Part shown: piece by piece, positions 5,079 through 13,439 of the stretch
Position numbering within the stretch: the stretch's first letter is position 1
Layout of the letters: each line of letters opens with the position of its first letter
Source of the DNA: a virus
DNA: 23,606 nt
Strand: one strand, 5' to 3'
IMG/VR virus record: IMGVR_UViG_3300021431_000069
Span: 1-23,606 of that record
The notes under the pieces: model-generated
The model's input: only the letters and a program-made list of their open reading frames with translations
Told to the model about the DNA's origin: nothing
The model's database searches: none
Position numbers and translations under genes: made by a program

Positions 5079-5598
5079 TCCCGCGCCGGTCTATGACTCT
5101 TACTGCATCATAGATACTGACGACTATTTCTGCGTGGAGTGTGGAAAGGTGAATGTCGAATCGTTCCGCCGGATTATGAACACGCGCCTCGAATTCGACA
5201 AGGTCGTCATAGAAGGGATGTCTTCCTATCATGCCGCAGTCGGTGAGACGACCTTCGACACTTGCTACGAAATCGGTCGTCTTATGGAGATCGCCGAGCG
5301 GACTCCTGTTGTTGATAGCGAGACAGGCGGTTTGACTGTACGACCGGCAGACGTGATAAAACGGCGCGATGTAAAAAGACTTTTGCATCTTCCGAGCAAT
5401 ACCAATGACGCGGGTATTATCCAGTATCTGACGCACAGATTCGCTCCTGACGAGCCGAACTACGGTAAAGGTACGAAGAGCCATCCGTCTTGGTTCTACG
5501 GCTTTAAGGCGGACATATGGCAAGCCTACGCGCTCGGTGTTGCTTACATCGACAGAGAAGGCTTTGAGCATCGCGAATGTTATAGGTTTGAGAGGTGA
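5059..5598 (+). CDS. RuvC-like Holliday junction resolvase
   Basis: The N-terminus MLILSIDPAP...Y..ID is the RuvC-fold first catalytic Asp strand. It is followed by VVIEGM (catalytic Glu strand) and a C-terminal acidic/aromatic region. The gene lies in the recombination module. Confidence 0.5.
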   Translation: MLILSIDPAPVYDSYCIIDTDDYFCVECGKVNVESFRRIMNTRLEFDKVVIEGMSSYHAAVGETTFDTCYEIGRLMEIAERTPVVDSETGGLTVRPADVIKRRDVKRLLHLPSNTNDAGIIQYLTHRFAPDEPNYGKGTKSHPSWFYGFKADIWQAYALGVAYIDREGFEHRECYRFER

Positions 5599-6056
5599 TC
5601 GAATTGGGCGACATTTGGTATCCGACAAGGGCGGAAGAAAGCGGTGTCACGCGAGAGCAATACTTTTCCGCGATATGGTTTATAAGGGACTACGACAACA
5701 TGGTTAGAGAAGCGCAAGACCTTTTAGACCAGTCGCCGACACACGACGGACAGCCGAGGGGAAGCGGGACGAGTGATCCGACAGCGGCGGCGGCTGAAAG
5801 AAGGGAGCGAGTCCTTCGAGATATAAAGTGCATCGAGGACGCTTTCGAAATAGTGCCGGACGAATTCAAAAAACCGCTTTACGAAAATCTCGTCCATCGA
5901 GTGCCGGAGTATAAGCTCTCACTCAATCCGAACGACATACGCAAGAAGCATCCTGACGCGATAAACAACGCTGAGACGACAATCCAATACTGGAGAGTCA
6001 AGTTGGTCGTCGCGGTGATCAGGAACAGAGAGAGCGCGGAATGGAGGTCTTATTGA
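5595..6056 (+). CDS. Putative late-gene transcriptional regulator (ArpU/RinA-like)
   Basis: DGQPRGSGTSDPTAAAAERRERVLRDIKCIEDAFEIVPDEF resembles the MP.G....SD.T block of ArpU/RinA-type phage regulators. The gene lies upstream of the packaging genes. The start is uncertain: GTG 5595, or TTG 5604 which is 9 nt after GAGAGG. Confidence 0.4.
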   Translation: MIELGDIWYPTRAEESGVTREQYFSAIWFIRDYDNMVREAQDLLDQSPTHDGQPRGSGTSDPTAAAAERRERVLRDIKCIEDAFEIVPDEFKKPLYENLVHRVPEYKLSLNPNDIRKKHPDAINNAETTIQYWRVKLVVAVIRNRESAEWRSY

Positions 6057-6427
6057 TGAGATTGATTGACGCAGATGCGCTTGCGGATACGCTGAATGAA
6101 TTAGGTGTGCCATATAGGGCAGATGTACAATTTGCAATTTTCGATGCACCAACCATAGACGCTGTGCCTGTGGTGAGGTGCAAGGATTGCAAGTGGTATG
6201 ACCCGCCGCATATAGATCATGGCGGTGGTAAAAGGACGGACGTTGAAGATGATTCACCGCATGTACCGCTCAGCGTTGGCATCAATGTTAGTGGTAGATG
6301 CATGAACACATTGCGCGAGTATTGCTGCAACCACGATAGGGAAGACCCTGACGATTATGAGCGTTTGGTCAAATTCAGAAACCGAATGGACTATTGCTCT
6401 GACGGAGAAAGGAAAGACGATGAGTAA
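6056..6427 (+). CDS. Hypothetical Cys-rich protein (MRLIDADAL... family)
   Basis: GGAGG at 6043-6047. ATG 6056 overlaps the upstream stop as ATGA. Contains a CKDCKW motif and several further Cys and His residues. Confidence 0.55.
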   Translation: MRLIDADALADTLNELGVPYRADVQFAIFDAPTIDAVPVVRCKDCKWYDPPHIDHGGGKRTDVEDDSPHVPLSVGINVSGRCMNTLREYCCNHDREDPDDYERLVKFRNRMDYCSDGERKDDE

Positions 6428-6575
6428 CATCACGGAGATAATACTATGTGGGGTATTTGTGGGCGTGTTATGGATTATTGCACGGAACATAGGATACAAA
6501 GAAGGATTCAAAGACGGCTATGAGCAAGGAGAAAAAGACTTTAAGCCACGGAAAGGAGTAGCGAACAATGACTGA
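6420..6575 (+). CDS. Small single-pass membrane protein (51 aa)
   Basis: ATG 6420 follows GGAGAAAGGAAAG. Contains ITEIILCGVFVGVLWIIARNIG as a TM helix. The ORF-track start at 6357 would overlap the upstream gene extensively. Confidence 0.5.
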   Translation: MSNITEIILCGVFVGVLWIIARNIGYKEGFKDGYEQGEKDFKPRKGVANND

Positions 6576-6846
6576 CTATATCAAGAGAGATGACGCGATA
6601 GAAGAGTTTGAACAAAGAGACTCATATAGCGCGACATATGTCCGAGGCTTTTTAAAACATCTACCGTCCGCAGATGTCGCACCGATCAGACGCGGACATT
6701 GGATATACGACTGCTGTGATATTGTCTGCTCTGAATGTGGGACGGCATTTAGCGACGAGGTCTGTTATATGATGCGGAGCGACGCAAGCTACCATGAGCC
6801 GAAGCATTGTCTATGGTGCGGTGCAAGAATGGACGGTGAAAAATGA
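6568..6846 (+). CDS. Hypothetical zinc-ribbon protein
   Basis: AAAGGAG RBS. CSECG...CLWCGARM forms a CxxC...CxxC pair. The N-terminal layout resembles that of the 6056 ORF. Confidence 0.55.
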   Translation: MTDYIKRDDAIEEFEQRDSYSATYVRGFLKHLPSADVAPIRRGHWIYDCCDIVCSECGTAFSDEVCYMMRSDASYHEPKHCLWCGARMDGEK

Positions 6847-7061
6847 GAGAGTATTTTCTCGAGGATGTACTGCATCCAAACGGCGGTATAACTATCAAAT
6901 GCAAAGATGACCGCGACTGCGTATTCTGTGCAAAGTGCTCGGATGTGTGGTGGGATTACACAAACTTAATCTACATGATCGCTTGCGAAGACGGACATAG
7001 TCCATGGGACAGACCTTGTAAACACTTTCAAGAAGACAGCAATCCGTCGACAGGGGAGTAA
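6843..7061 (+). CDS. Hypothetical Cys-rich protein (72 aa)
   Basis: ATGA overlap with the upstream stop. CKDDRDCVFCAKC...C...C pattern. Confidence 0.5.
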   Translation: MREYFLEDVLHPNGGITIKCKDDRDCVFCAKCSDVWWDYTNLIYMIACEDGHSPWDRPCKHFQEDSNPSTGE

Positions 7062-7076
7062 ATCCTGTGCTATACA
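7047..7076 (+). promoter_or_regulatory. Candidate sigma-70-type promoter (TCGACA, 18 nt spacer, TGcTATACA extended -10)
   Basis: Hexamers read by eye at 7047-7052 and 7071-7076, with TG at 7068-7069. This is the only promoter-like sequence I could find ahead of the HNH gene. Confidence 0.25.
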
Positions 7077-7149
7077 ATAAGCGGGAACAAAAGAAAATCA
7101 CTAATACAATTTCATGTAACTCCTTTCAAGCGTGAAATGTAACTCGGAG

Positions 7150-7175
7150 AAGACAGTCGACTCGGCTGTCTTTTT
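7150..7175 (+). terminator. Rho-independent terminator at the early/late boundary
   Basis: AAGACAGTCGACTCGGCTGTCTT stem-loop followed by a T run (T5, 7171-7175). It ends 12 nt before the HNH start codon. Confidence 0.65.
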
Positions 7176-7187
7176 CGTTATGGGAAG

Positions 7188-7580
7188 ATGGGAACAGAAA
7201 CGGCGAACAGGAGAAAAGAACTCCAAGCCTTTTACAATACTCCGGCATGGAGGCGGACGCGGGAAGCATACAGGCAAAGCGTCGGCGGTCTGTGCGAGGA
7301 ATGTAAGGACAAAGGCATTATCAGAGCGGGCGACTGTGTGCATCATGTGATACCGCTATCGCCTACAAACCTGAGCAACGAGAACATCACGCTAAACTAC
7401 GCGAACTTGCGTCTACTGTGCAACGAGTGCCACGCTCGCGTACATCAGGAACGCGGGGACGAGACGAGCGGAGGACGGCGAAAGGGTAAGCCTTTAGGAA
7501 AAAAACGAAAACGGAGATACAAAATCGACGAATTTACTGGAAAAGTCGTCGTCAGTATCCCCCCCACGCGGGAAAAATAA
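7188..7580 (+). CDS. HNH endonuclease (packaging-associated type)
   Basis: CEECKDKG...CVHHVIPLS...N...NLRLLCNECHARVH is a classic HNH/zinc-finger core. It sits immediately upstream of terL, as in HK97-like cos phages. Confidence 0.85.
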   Translation: MGTETANRRKELQAFYNTPAWRRTREAYRQSVGGLCEECKDKGIIRAGDCVHHVIPLSPTNLSNENITLNYANLRLLCNECHARVHQERGDETSGGRRKGKPLGKKRKRRYKIDEFTGKVVVSIPPTREK

Positions 7581-7696
7581 TCGCTAAGGGAACATCGTTT
7601 GTGAAGGGAAGGCTTCCGTCGCATTTAGCGAGAGATACCCGCAAGTGTTGAAATTTAGCCGTTTTTGTTGAGAGATGGGAAGAACACGGCGAAGTT

Positions 7697-9430
7697 ATGG
7701 AAAATTACATACTGAAATATCATCAGGCAATACAGAACGGCTCTGTCGTCGTTGGTAAATGGATACGTTTACTGTATGAGCGCATCGTTAAAAGCCTCGA
7801 GAGCAAAGAAACGTACTACAACGCGAACGAAGCGAACAACGCTATCGACTGGATAGAGACGCATTGCTTCCACACCGAAGGCTATCTCGCTCCGAGTCCG
7901 TTAAAGCTCGAGCTGTGGCAGAAGGCTCTCGTCGCTTGCATCTTTGGAATCTACAACACCGAAGAGAACAAGAGACAATACCGCGAAGTCGTCCTGATCG
8001 TCGCGCGGAAAAACGGCAAGTCGCTCCTTTGCTCAGCCATCGCTAAATACGTTATGTATATCGACGGCGGGTATGGCTCGAGAGTGTACTGCCTCGCGCC
8101 GAAGCTCGATCAGGCGGACATCATCTATAACAACGTGTGGCAGATGGTGACGCTCGATCCTGAGTATCAGAAACTAAAGGAACTCATTCAGGAGTCGAAG
8201 AACGAACACAACAAAAAGACGATGGACGACGGCGACCTCGCTCGGCATAGACAGAGTGACTTGTTCATTCCGTCTACAAATAGCCAAGTGAAGAAGATCG
8301 CTTTCAGCGCGAAGAAGTCCGACGGCTTCAATCCATCGTTGACGATTTGCGACGAGGTCGCTTCGTGGGAAGGCGACAAAGGTCTAAAACAGTATGAGGT
8401 AATGAAGAGCGCGATGGGCGCGAGGGAGATGGGCGATCGTCCGTCTCTTTTGCTTTCATGCTCGACTGCCGGATACATCTCCGAGGGCATCTATGACGAA
8501 CTGCTTCGGCGGTCGACGCACGTCCTCCAAGGCTCGAGCAGAGAGACGAAGCTCCTTCCGTTTCTCTACATCATCGACGACGTGACCAAATGGAACGATA
8601 TAAACGAACTCGCAAAGTCTAATCCGAATTTGGGAGTCTCTGTCTCGGTTTCGTACTTGCTCGAAGAGATCGCGATCGCAGAAGGAAGCCTCTCCAAGAA
8701 AAGAGAGTTCATCTGCAAATACGCGAACAAGAAACAGAACTCGAGCGCGGCACTCTTGCCCGCTGAGGTCGTTGAGAAGGCTTGCGGAGAACACTTCGAC
8801 CTCGAGGACTTTCGCGGCTCTTACGCCGTTATTGGTGTAGATTTGAGCCAAGTTCGCGATTTAAGTGCCGTGTCGGTCGTTATCGAGCGAGGCGGTGAGC
8901 TTTACGTCGTTACTCACTTTTGGCTACCAGCCGACAAGATAGACGAGGCATCCGCGCGGGATGGTGTGCCTTATCAGATTTATATAGAGCGCGGTCTGCT
9001 CTCTCCGAGCGGGGAGGGCTTTATCGACTACCACGATATTTATAACTGGATCACGGCACTCATTGAGCAGTATGAAATCTACCCGCTTAAATGCGGCTAC
9101 GACCGATGGAGCGCGACCTACTTGGTCGACGACCTGAAGAACTTCGGTCTTCATATGGACGACGTTTGGCAAGGCGATAACCTCTATCCGATCATACAAA
9201 CGACGTGCGGACTCCTCGAGTCAGGTCACATCCACATTGGAGACAATGACCTTTTAAAGATGCACTTGCTCGACTCGGCACTAAAGATGTCGCCGGAGCG
9301 AGGACGCGGGAAACTGGTCAAAGTAAATAAAGGCTGTCACATTGACGGCTTTGCGAGTCTACTGGACGCGATGACGATGCGCGACAAGTGGAACGCGGAA
9401 ATAGGAGAACAACTCAAAAACGAAAGGTAG
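7697..9430 (+). CDS. terL: Terminase large subunit
   Basis: 577 aa. Walker-A-like VLIVARKNGKSLL, and a C-terminal nuclease region (VIGVDLS...D..A). It lies before the portal gene. Confidence 0.9.
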   Translation: MENYILKYHQAIQNGSVVVGKWIRLLYERIVKSLESKETYYNANEANNAIDWIETHCFHTEGYLAPSPLKLELWQKALVACIFGIYNTEENKRQYREVVLIVARKNGKSLLCSAIAKYVMYIDGGYGSRVYCLAPKLDQADIIYNNVWQMVTLDPEYQKLKELIQESKNEHNKKTMDDGDLARHRQSDLFIPSTNSQVKKIAFSAKKSDGFNPSLTICDEVASWEGDKGLKQYEVMKSAMGAREMGDRPSLLLSCSTAGYISEGIYDELLRRSTHVLQGSSRETKLLPFLYIIDDVTKWNDINELAKSNPNLGVSVSVSYLLEEIAIAEGSLSKKREFICKYANKKQNSSAALLPAEVVEKACGEHFDLEDFRGSYAVIGVDLSQVRDLSAVSVVIERGGELYVVTHFWLPADKIDEASARDGVPYQIYIERGLLSPSGEGFIDYHDIYNWITALIEQYEIYPLKCGYDRWSATYLVDDLKNFGLHMDDVWQGDNLYPIIQTTCGLLESGHIHIGDNDLLKMHLLDSALKMSPERGRGKLVKVNKGCHIDGFASLLDAMTMRDKWNAEIGEQLKNER

Positions 9431-9436
9431 AAAACT

Positions 9437-10654
9437 ATGGGTCTTTTAGACGCAATCTTTCATCCTGACAAAAACAGAATCGAAAAGGACGCGCTCGCAA
9501 ATGCACACGCTTCTTTTAAGGTGCTGACCGGCTATCGACCAGTCTTTACTTCATGGGGCGGTGAGATTTACGAAAGCGAACTCGTCCGAGCCGCAATCGA
9601 CGCAAGAGCGCGACACATTTCCAAATTGAAAGTCGAGTTTCAGGGCGCGGCGCGTCCGAGCCTCGTCGCGAAGATGAAGCTCGCGCCGAATCAATGGCAG
9701 ACGTGGAGTCAATTCCTTTACAGGGTGTCGACAATCCTCGACGTGCATAATACCGCGATCATCGTCCCAGTCCGAGACGAAGACCTTCAGACGACAGGAT
9801 ATTTTCCTGTTATTCCGAAGAAATGCGAAGTCGTCGACTACAAGGGCGAGCCTTGGCTGAGGTATCACTTCTCACACGGTCAGGTCGCCGCTACTCCGTT
9901 ATACGACTGCGCTGTCCTGACACGGCATCAGTACAAGAGCGACTTTTTCGGCGACACGAACTCGGCACTCGACGAGACGATGCAACTCGTCCATATGAAC
10001 AACCAAGGCATCGAGGAGGCTGTTCGCTCTTCGACTCGCTATTCTTGGATCGCTGAACTCGCGAACTTCACAAAGCCGGAGGACATCGCCAAAGAGCGAA
10101 AACGGTTTACAGAAGAGAATCTGAAAACAGACTCTGACGCGAGCGGAATTTTGTTATTCCCAAACACATATAAGAATGTTCGTCAGGTCGAGACGCATCC
10201 CTACACGGTAGACGCGGACGAGCTGAAACTGATCCAAACGAACATCTACAACTACTTCGGAGTCAACGAGGACGTTCTCCAAAATAAAGCCTACGGAGAT
10301 CTGTGGAGCGCGTTCTACGAAGGGTGTGTCGAGGTGTTCGCCGTCAGTTTCTCGGAGGCAATGTCCGCCGCGATGTATACGACGCGAGAACGAGCGCAAG
10401 GCTCGAGCGTCATGGCGACCAGTAACCGCCTCCAGTATCTGAGCAACGCGGACAAGCTCGCGGTATCGGCTCAGATGGCAGACCGAGGAATCATGTCTCG
10501 GAACGAGATTCGCGAAATATGGAATCTTCCGCCGGTAGAAGGCGGAGACGTGCCTACTATCCGAGGCGAATATTATCTCATCAACGAAGACGGCACAATC
10601 TCAAAAGAAAACGGCGGAGAGACCGAGAAGGAGGAAGACAATGCCGAACAGTAA
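9437..10654 (+). CDS. Portal protein (HK97 family)
   Basis: 405 aa. Position between terL and the prohead protease, with length and sequence character typical of HK97-type portals. Confidence 0.8.
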   Translation: MGLLDAIFHPDKNRIEKDALANAHASFKVLTGYRPVFTSWGGEIYESELVRAAIDARARHISKLKVEFQGAARPSLVAKMKLAPNQWQTWSQFLYRVSTILDVHNTAIIVPVRDEDLQTTGYFPVIPKKCEVVDYKGEPWLRYHFSHGQVAATPLYDCAVLTRHQYKSDFFGDTNSALDETMQLVHMNNQGIEEAVRSSTRYSWIAELANFTKPEDIAKERKRFTEENLKTDSDASGILLFPNTYKNVRQVETHPYTVDADELKLIQTNIYNYFGVNEDVLQNKAYGDLWSAFYEGCVEVFAVSFSEAMSAAMYTTRERAQGSSVMATSNRLQYLSNADKLAVSAQMADRGIMSRNEIREIWNLPPVEGGDVPTIRGEYYLINEDGTISKENGGETEKEEDNAEQ

Positions 10655-11285
10655 AGACAGAGAATATCGCTCCATGATGCTCGCAATCGAGCAGAGGGCG
10701 GAAGGCGAAGAGATCGCCGACGAAATGGTCGTCAGCGGATACGCTACGACATTCAACGAGCCTTATCTGCTTTGGTCTGATGACGATATGGAGATTTGGG
10801 AACAAGTCTCCGACAGCGCTTTCGACAATGCAGACATGAGCGATTGCATAATGCAGTATAACCACGAAGGGCGCGTCTTTGCCCGCGTGAAGAACGATAC
10901 GCTAATTGTAAGACCTGACGAAAAGGGTCTTTTTGTTAGAGCTGACCTTGGAGGGACTGACATCGGCAGAGGCTTATATCAGGAAATCTCCGGCGGTTAC
11001 ACGGATCAGATGTCCTTCGGCTTCACAGTCGAAAAGGACGAGCGCGTAATCACCGAGGAGGAAGGGAATAAGACCAAGATGCTGAGGACGATTCTCTCTG
11101 TGGGTCGTTTGTTTGATGTCTCGGCGGTGAGTATTCCCGCCAATCCGAACACATTCGTCCAGTCTGTGAGATTCCTCGACGGAGCGATCGACGAAATCAA
11201 AGCGGAGCGACTTAAAGCAGAACAGGAGAGAACGGAACGGAAGAGACTCGAAATCAAGGCGAGAGCCTTAGGAGGTAAAGCATGA
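10641..11285 (+). CDS. Prohead maturation protease (HK97 / S78 family)
   Basis: VVSGYATTFNEPY...MQYNHE...DLGGTDIGRGLYQEISGGYTDQMSFGF is the conserved core of the HK97 prohead protease. AAGGAGG RBS. Confidence 0.85.
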   Translation: MPNSKDREYRSMMLAIEQRAEGEEIADEMVVSGYATTFNEPYLLWSDDDMEIWEQVSDSAFDNADMSDCIMQYNHEGRVFARVKNDTLIVRPDEKGLFVRADLGGTDIGRGLYQEISGGYTDQMSFGFTVEKDERVITEEEGNKTKMLRTILSVGRLFDVSAVSIPANPNTFVQSVRFLDGAIDEIKAERLKAEQERTERKRLEIKARALGGKA

Positions 11286-12400
11286 CAAGAGAAGAGATTC
11301 TCGCTCTCGATATGGCAGACCTCGAAAAGAGAAGTCTCGAGATCGCTGAAGAGGTAAAGACCGCTGACAGCGAATCCCTCGACACTCTCTCCGAAGAACT
11401 GGACGCTATCGAAGAGCGCAAAGCAATCATCAAAGCCGAAGCCGACGAAAAGAGGGCGGCAATGGAAGAAGTCCTCTCCGGCAAAGGCGAAACGATCGAA
11501 GAAAAACAGGAGGAACGTAAAACCATGGACAACAAAGAAATCAGAAAGTCCGCTGAATATCTCGACGCATGGGTCGAGAATCTGAAGGGCAGAGCATCCG
11601 AAGAACAGAGAACTCTGCTGACCACCAACGCGGAAGAGAACGGCACTATCGCAGTCCCGACCTACGTTGAGGATAGAATCGAGACCGCTTGGGAGTCCAA
11701 CGAGATCGTCCGCAGAGCAAAGAAGTCCTACTTCAAAGGCAACCTGAAGGTCGGCTACGAAGCAAGCGCAGAGGGCGCAAATATTCACGATGAGGGCGAC
11801 GAGGCAATCAGCGAAGAGAATCTCGTCATCAGTTTCGTTGAACTGATCCCGCAGACCTACAAGAAAATGGTCAAGTATAGCACCGAAGTCCTCGACATGA
11901 AGGGCGAAGCCTTCGTCGACTACATCGTTGACGAAATCGAGCACCAGATGGCGAAGACCATCGGCGACAGACTGCTTGGTTCTGTCGCGATGGCATCCTC
12001 TCCGCTTGCACAGAGTTACACCGCCGCCGGAAGTGCTCTGACGACCGCAGACATCATCGGCGCGGAAGGTATGCTCGCGGGCGACGCAAACCCTGTCCTG
12101 ATCACTACAAGAGCAACAGCGGCGGCTCTGAAGGCGGCTGTCCTTGGCGCGGGTTATGGCTACGATCCGTTCGACGGCATGGAGGTCATCTATGTCGATT
12201 CTTCTGCGCTCGGTCGCTTCCTCGGTGTCGTTGCTGATCTGTCTGCTTGGCAGATCAACTTCCCGAACGGCGACGATGTGAAGTTCGTCTTCGACGAGTT
12301 CACAGAAGCACCGGCTGACATCGTCCGCGTTATCGGTCGCGTTATGGCGGGCATCGGTGTCGTTGCTCCGTACAAGACTGTCGTCATCACAGCGGCATAA
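11282..12400 (+). CDS. Major capsid protein (HK97 fold) with an N-terminal coiled-coil delta/scaffold domain
   Basis: 372 aa directly after the protease. Acidic coiled-coil N-terminus, then a typical HK97 MCP body ending ...VVAPYKTVVITAA. Confidence 0.85.
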   Translation: MTREEILALDMADLEKRSLEIAEEVKTADSESLDTLSEELDAIEERKAIIKAEADEKRAAMEEVLSGKGETIEEKQEERKTMDNKEIRKSAEYLDAWVENLKGRASEEQRTLLTTNAEENGTIAVPTYVEDRIETAWESNEIVRRAKKSYFKGNLKVGYEASAEGANIHDEGDEAISEENLVISFVELIPQTYKKMVKYSTEVLDMKGEAFVDYIVDEIEHQMAKTIGDRLLGSVAMASSPLAQSYTAAGSALTTADIIGAEGMLAGDANPVLITTRATAAALKAAVLGAGYGYDPFDGMEVIYVDSSALGRFLGVVADLSAWQINFPNGDDVKFVFDEFTEAPADIVRVIGRVMAGIGVVAPYKTVVITAA

Positions 12401-12419
12401 TCGACGCAACAGAAACAGT

Positions 12420-12442
12420 GAGCCGTCCATCGCGGGCGGCTC
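12420..12442 (+). terminator. Hairpin after the capsid gene (terminator or attenuator-like, weak T tract)
   Basis: GAGCCGTCC-ATCGC-GGGCGGCTC stem-loop followed by TATTTCCC. Confidence 0.35.
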
Positions 12443-12465
12443 TATTTCCCTATTGAGGTATTACG

Positions 12466-12741
12466 ATGTTAGAACTTGTGAAAATGGCTCTGCGAATCAC
12501 CACAGACGCATTTGATGACGAGCTGAATATGCTTATCGAGGCGGCATTCCTTGACCTCACGACTGCGGGTGTCGACCTCTTCACGGCGGCGACTTCAGAC
12601 GACCTCGTCAAGATGGCGGTCTGCACATACTGCAAACTCAACTTCGGAGTCCCTGACGACGCGGATAGACTGAGTAAAGCCTACGATATGCAGAAGGCTC
12701 AGCTCTCCATGAATAGCGGTCACACGACGTGGGAGGTGTAG
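12466..12741 (+). CDS. Head-tail connector protein (gp6-like)
   Basis: LELVKMALRITTDAFDDELNMLIEAAFLDL is the characteristic start of gp6-like connector / DNA-packaging proteins. Confidence 0.7.
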   Translation: MLELVKMALRITTDAFDDELNMLIEAAFLDLTTAGVDLFTAATSDDLVKMAVCTYCKLNFGVPDDADRLSKAYDMQKAQLSMNSGHTTWEV

Positions 12742-12745
12742 TCCT

Positions 12746-13060
12746 ATGTTTGAGGGAACTGCAATCTTAAAAAAGGCGGTCGTTACACAGGACGAAGCAC
12801 TAAACGAAATCGAGACCTATACGGAGCGAACTGTCTTCGTGCGTCCTCGGTCAGTCTATGCGTCCGAGTTTTATCAGGCGGCGGCGGTCGGTCTTAAGCC
12901 TTCGCTGACTTTGGTACTCGCGTCTTTTGCAGACTACGACGGCGAGAAACTCGTCGAGTATAACGGCAAAGAGTACACAGTTACGCGGACATATCAAAGA
13001 CCTGACCGCGACTCCGTCGAGCTGACTCTCGAGGAGCGTGTTGTTAATGGCATTGAATAG
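12746..13060 (+). CDS. Head closure / head-tail adaptor protein
   Basis: 104 aa in the syntenic position, with a ...YNGKEYTVTRTYQ... pattern typical of SPP1 gp16-like head closure proteins. Confidence 0.6.
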   Translation: MFEGTAILKKAVVTQDEALNEIETYTERTVFVRPRSVYASEFYQAAAVGLKPSLTLVLASFADYDGEKLVEYNGKEYTVTRTYQRPDRDSVELTLEERVVNGIE

Positions 13061-13439
13061 CAAGAGCATCGAAGCACAGGTCGCGGCTCTTCTCGACGAC
13101 TACTCCAAAGAAGTCAAAGAGAAGACCGACAAAGCCTTCGAGCAAGTCGCAAAGGAAGCCGCGCAGAAGCTCCGCCAAACCTCACCAAGAGGAAAAGGAA
13201 AGCACTCCGGCGACTATGCGAAAGGATGGACGGTCAAAAGGGAGCGCGACAAGAAGAGCGGTCTCTATACGATTACAGTCCACAACAAGACGCACTACCA
13301 GTTAACTCACTTACTCGAAAACGGTCACGCTATGCCTCAGGGCGGGCGATGGACTCCGCCGTATGGCAAGCACATCGAGCCGGTCGAGGAATGGAGTCAG
13401 ACCGAAGTCGTTAAAGAAATCGAGGAGTCACTACAATGA
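13047..13439 (+). CDS. HK97 gp10-family tail attachment/neck protein
   Basis: GAGGAG at 13031-13036 precedes ATG 13047. ...AKEAAQKLRQTSP...SGDYAKGW... is typical of the gp10 family. Confidence 0.6.
   Translation: MALNSKSIEAQVAALLDDYSKEVKEKTDKAFEQVAKEAAQKLRQTSPRGKGKHSGDYAKGWTVKRERDKKSGLYTITVHNKTHYQLTHLLENGHAMPQGGRWTPPYGKHIEPVEEWSQTEVVKEIEESLQ

Noticed and set aside
7132-7350. 72-aa ORF overlapping the HNH gene start in another frame
   Set aside because: It overlaps the terminator and the clearly recognisable HNH reading frame. Its translation is basic low-complexity sequence.
11006-12430. 474-aa ORF on the minus strand, the second-longest minus-strand frame in the window
   Set aside because: It lies exactly antisense to the protease 3' end and the HK97 major capsid gene, whose + strand translations are recognisable. 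Its translation is Cys/Ser/Arg/Asp-rich low-complexity sequence with no RBS. It is a shadow ORF caused by GAN/NTC codon bias.
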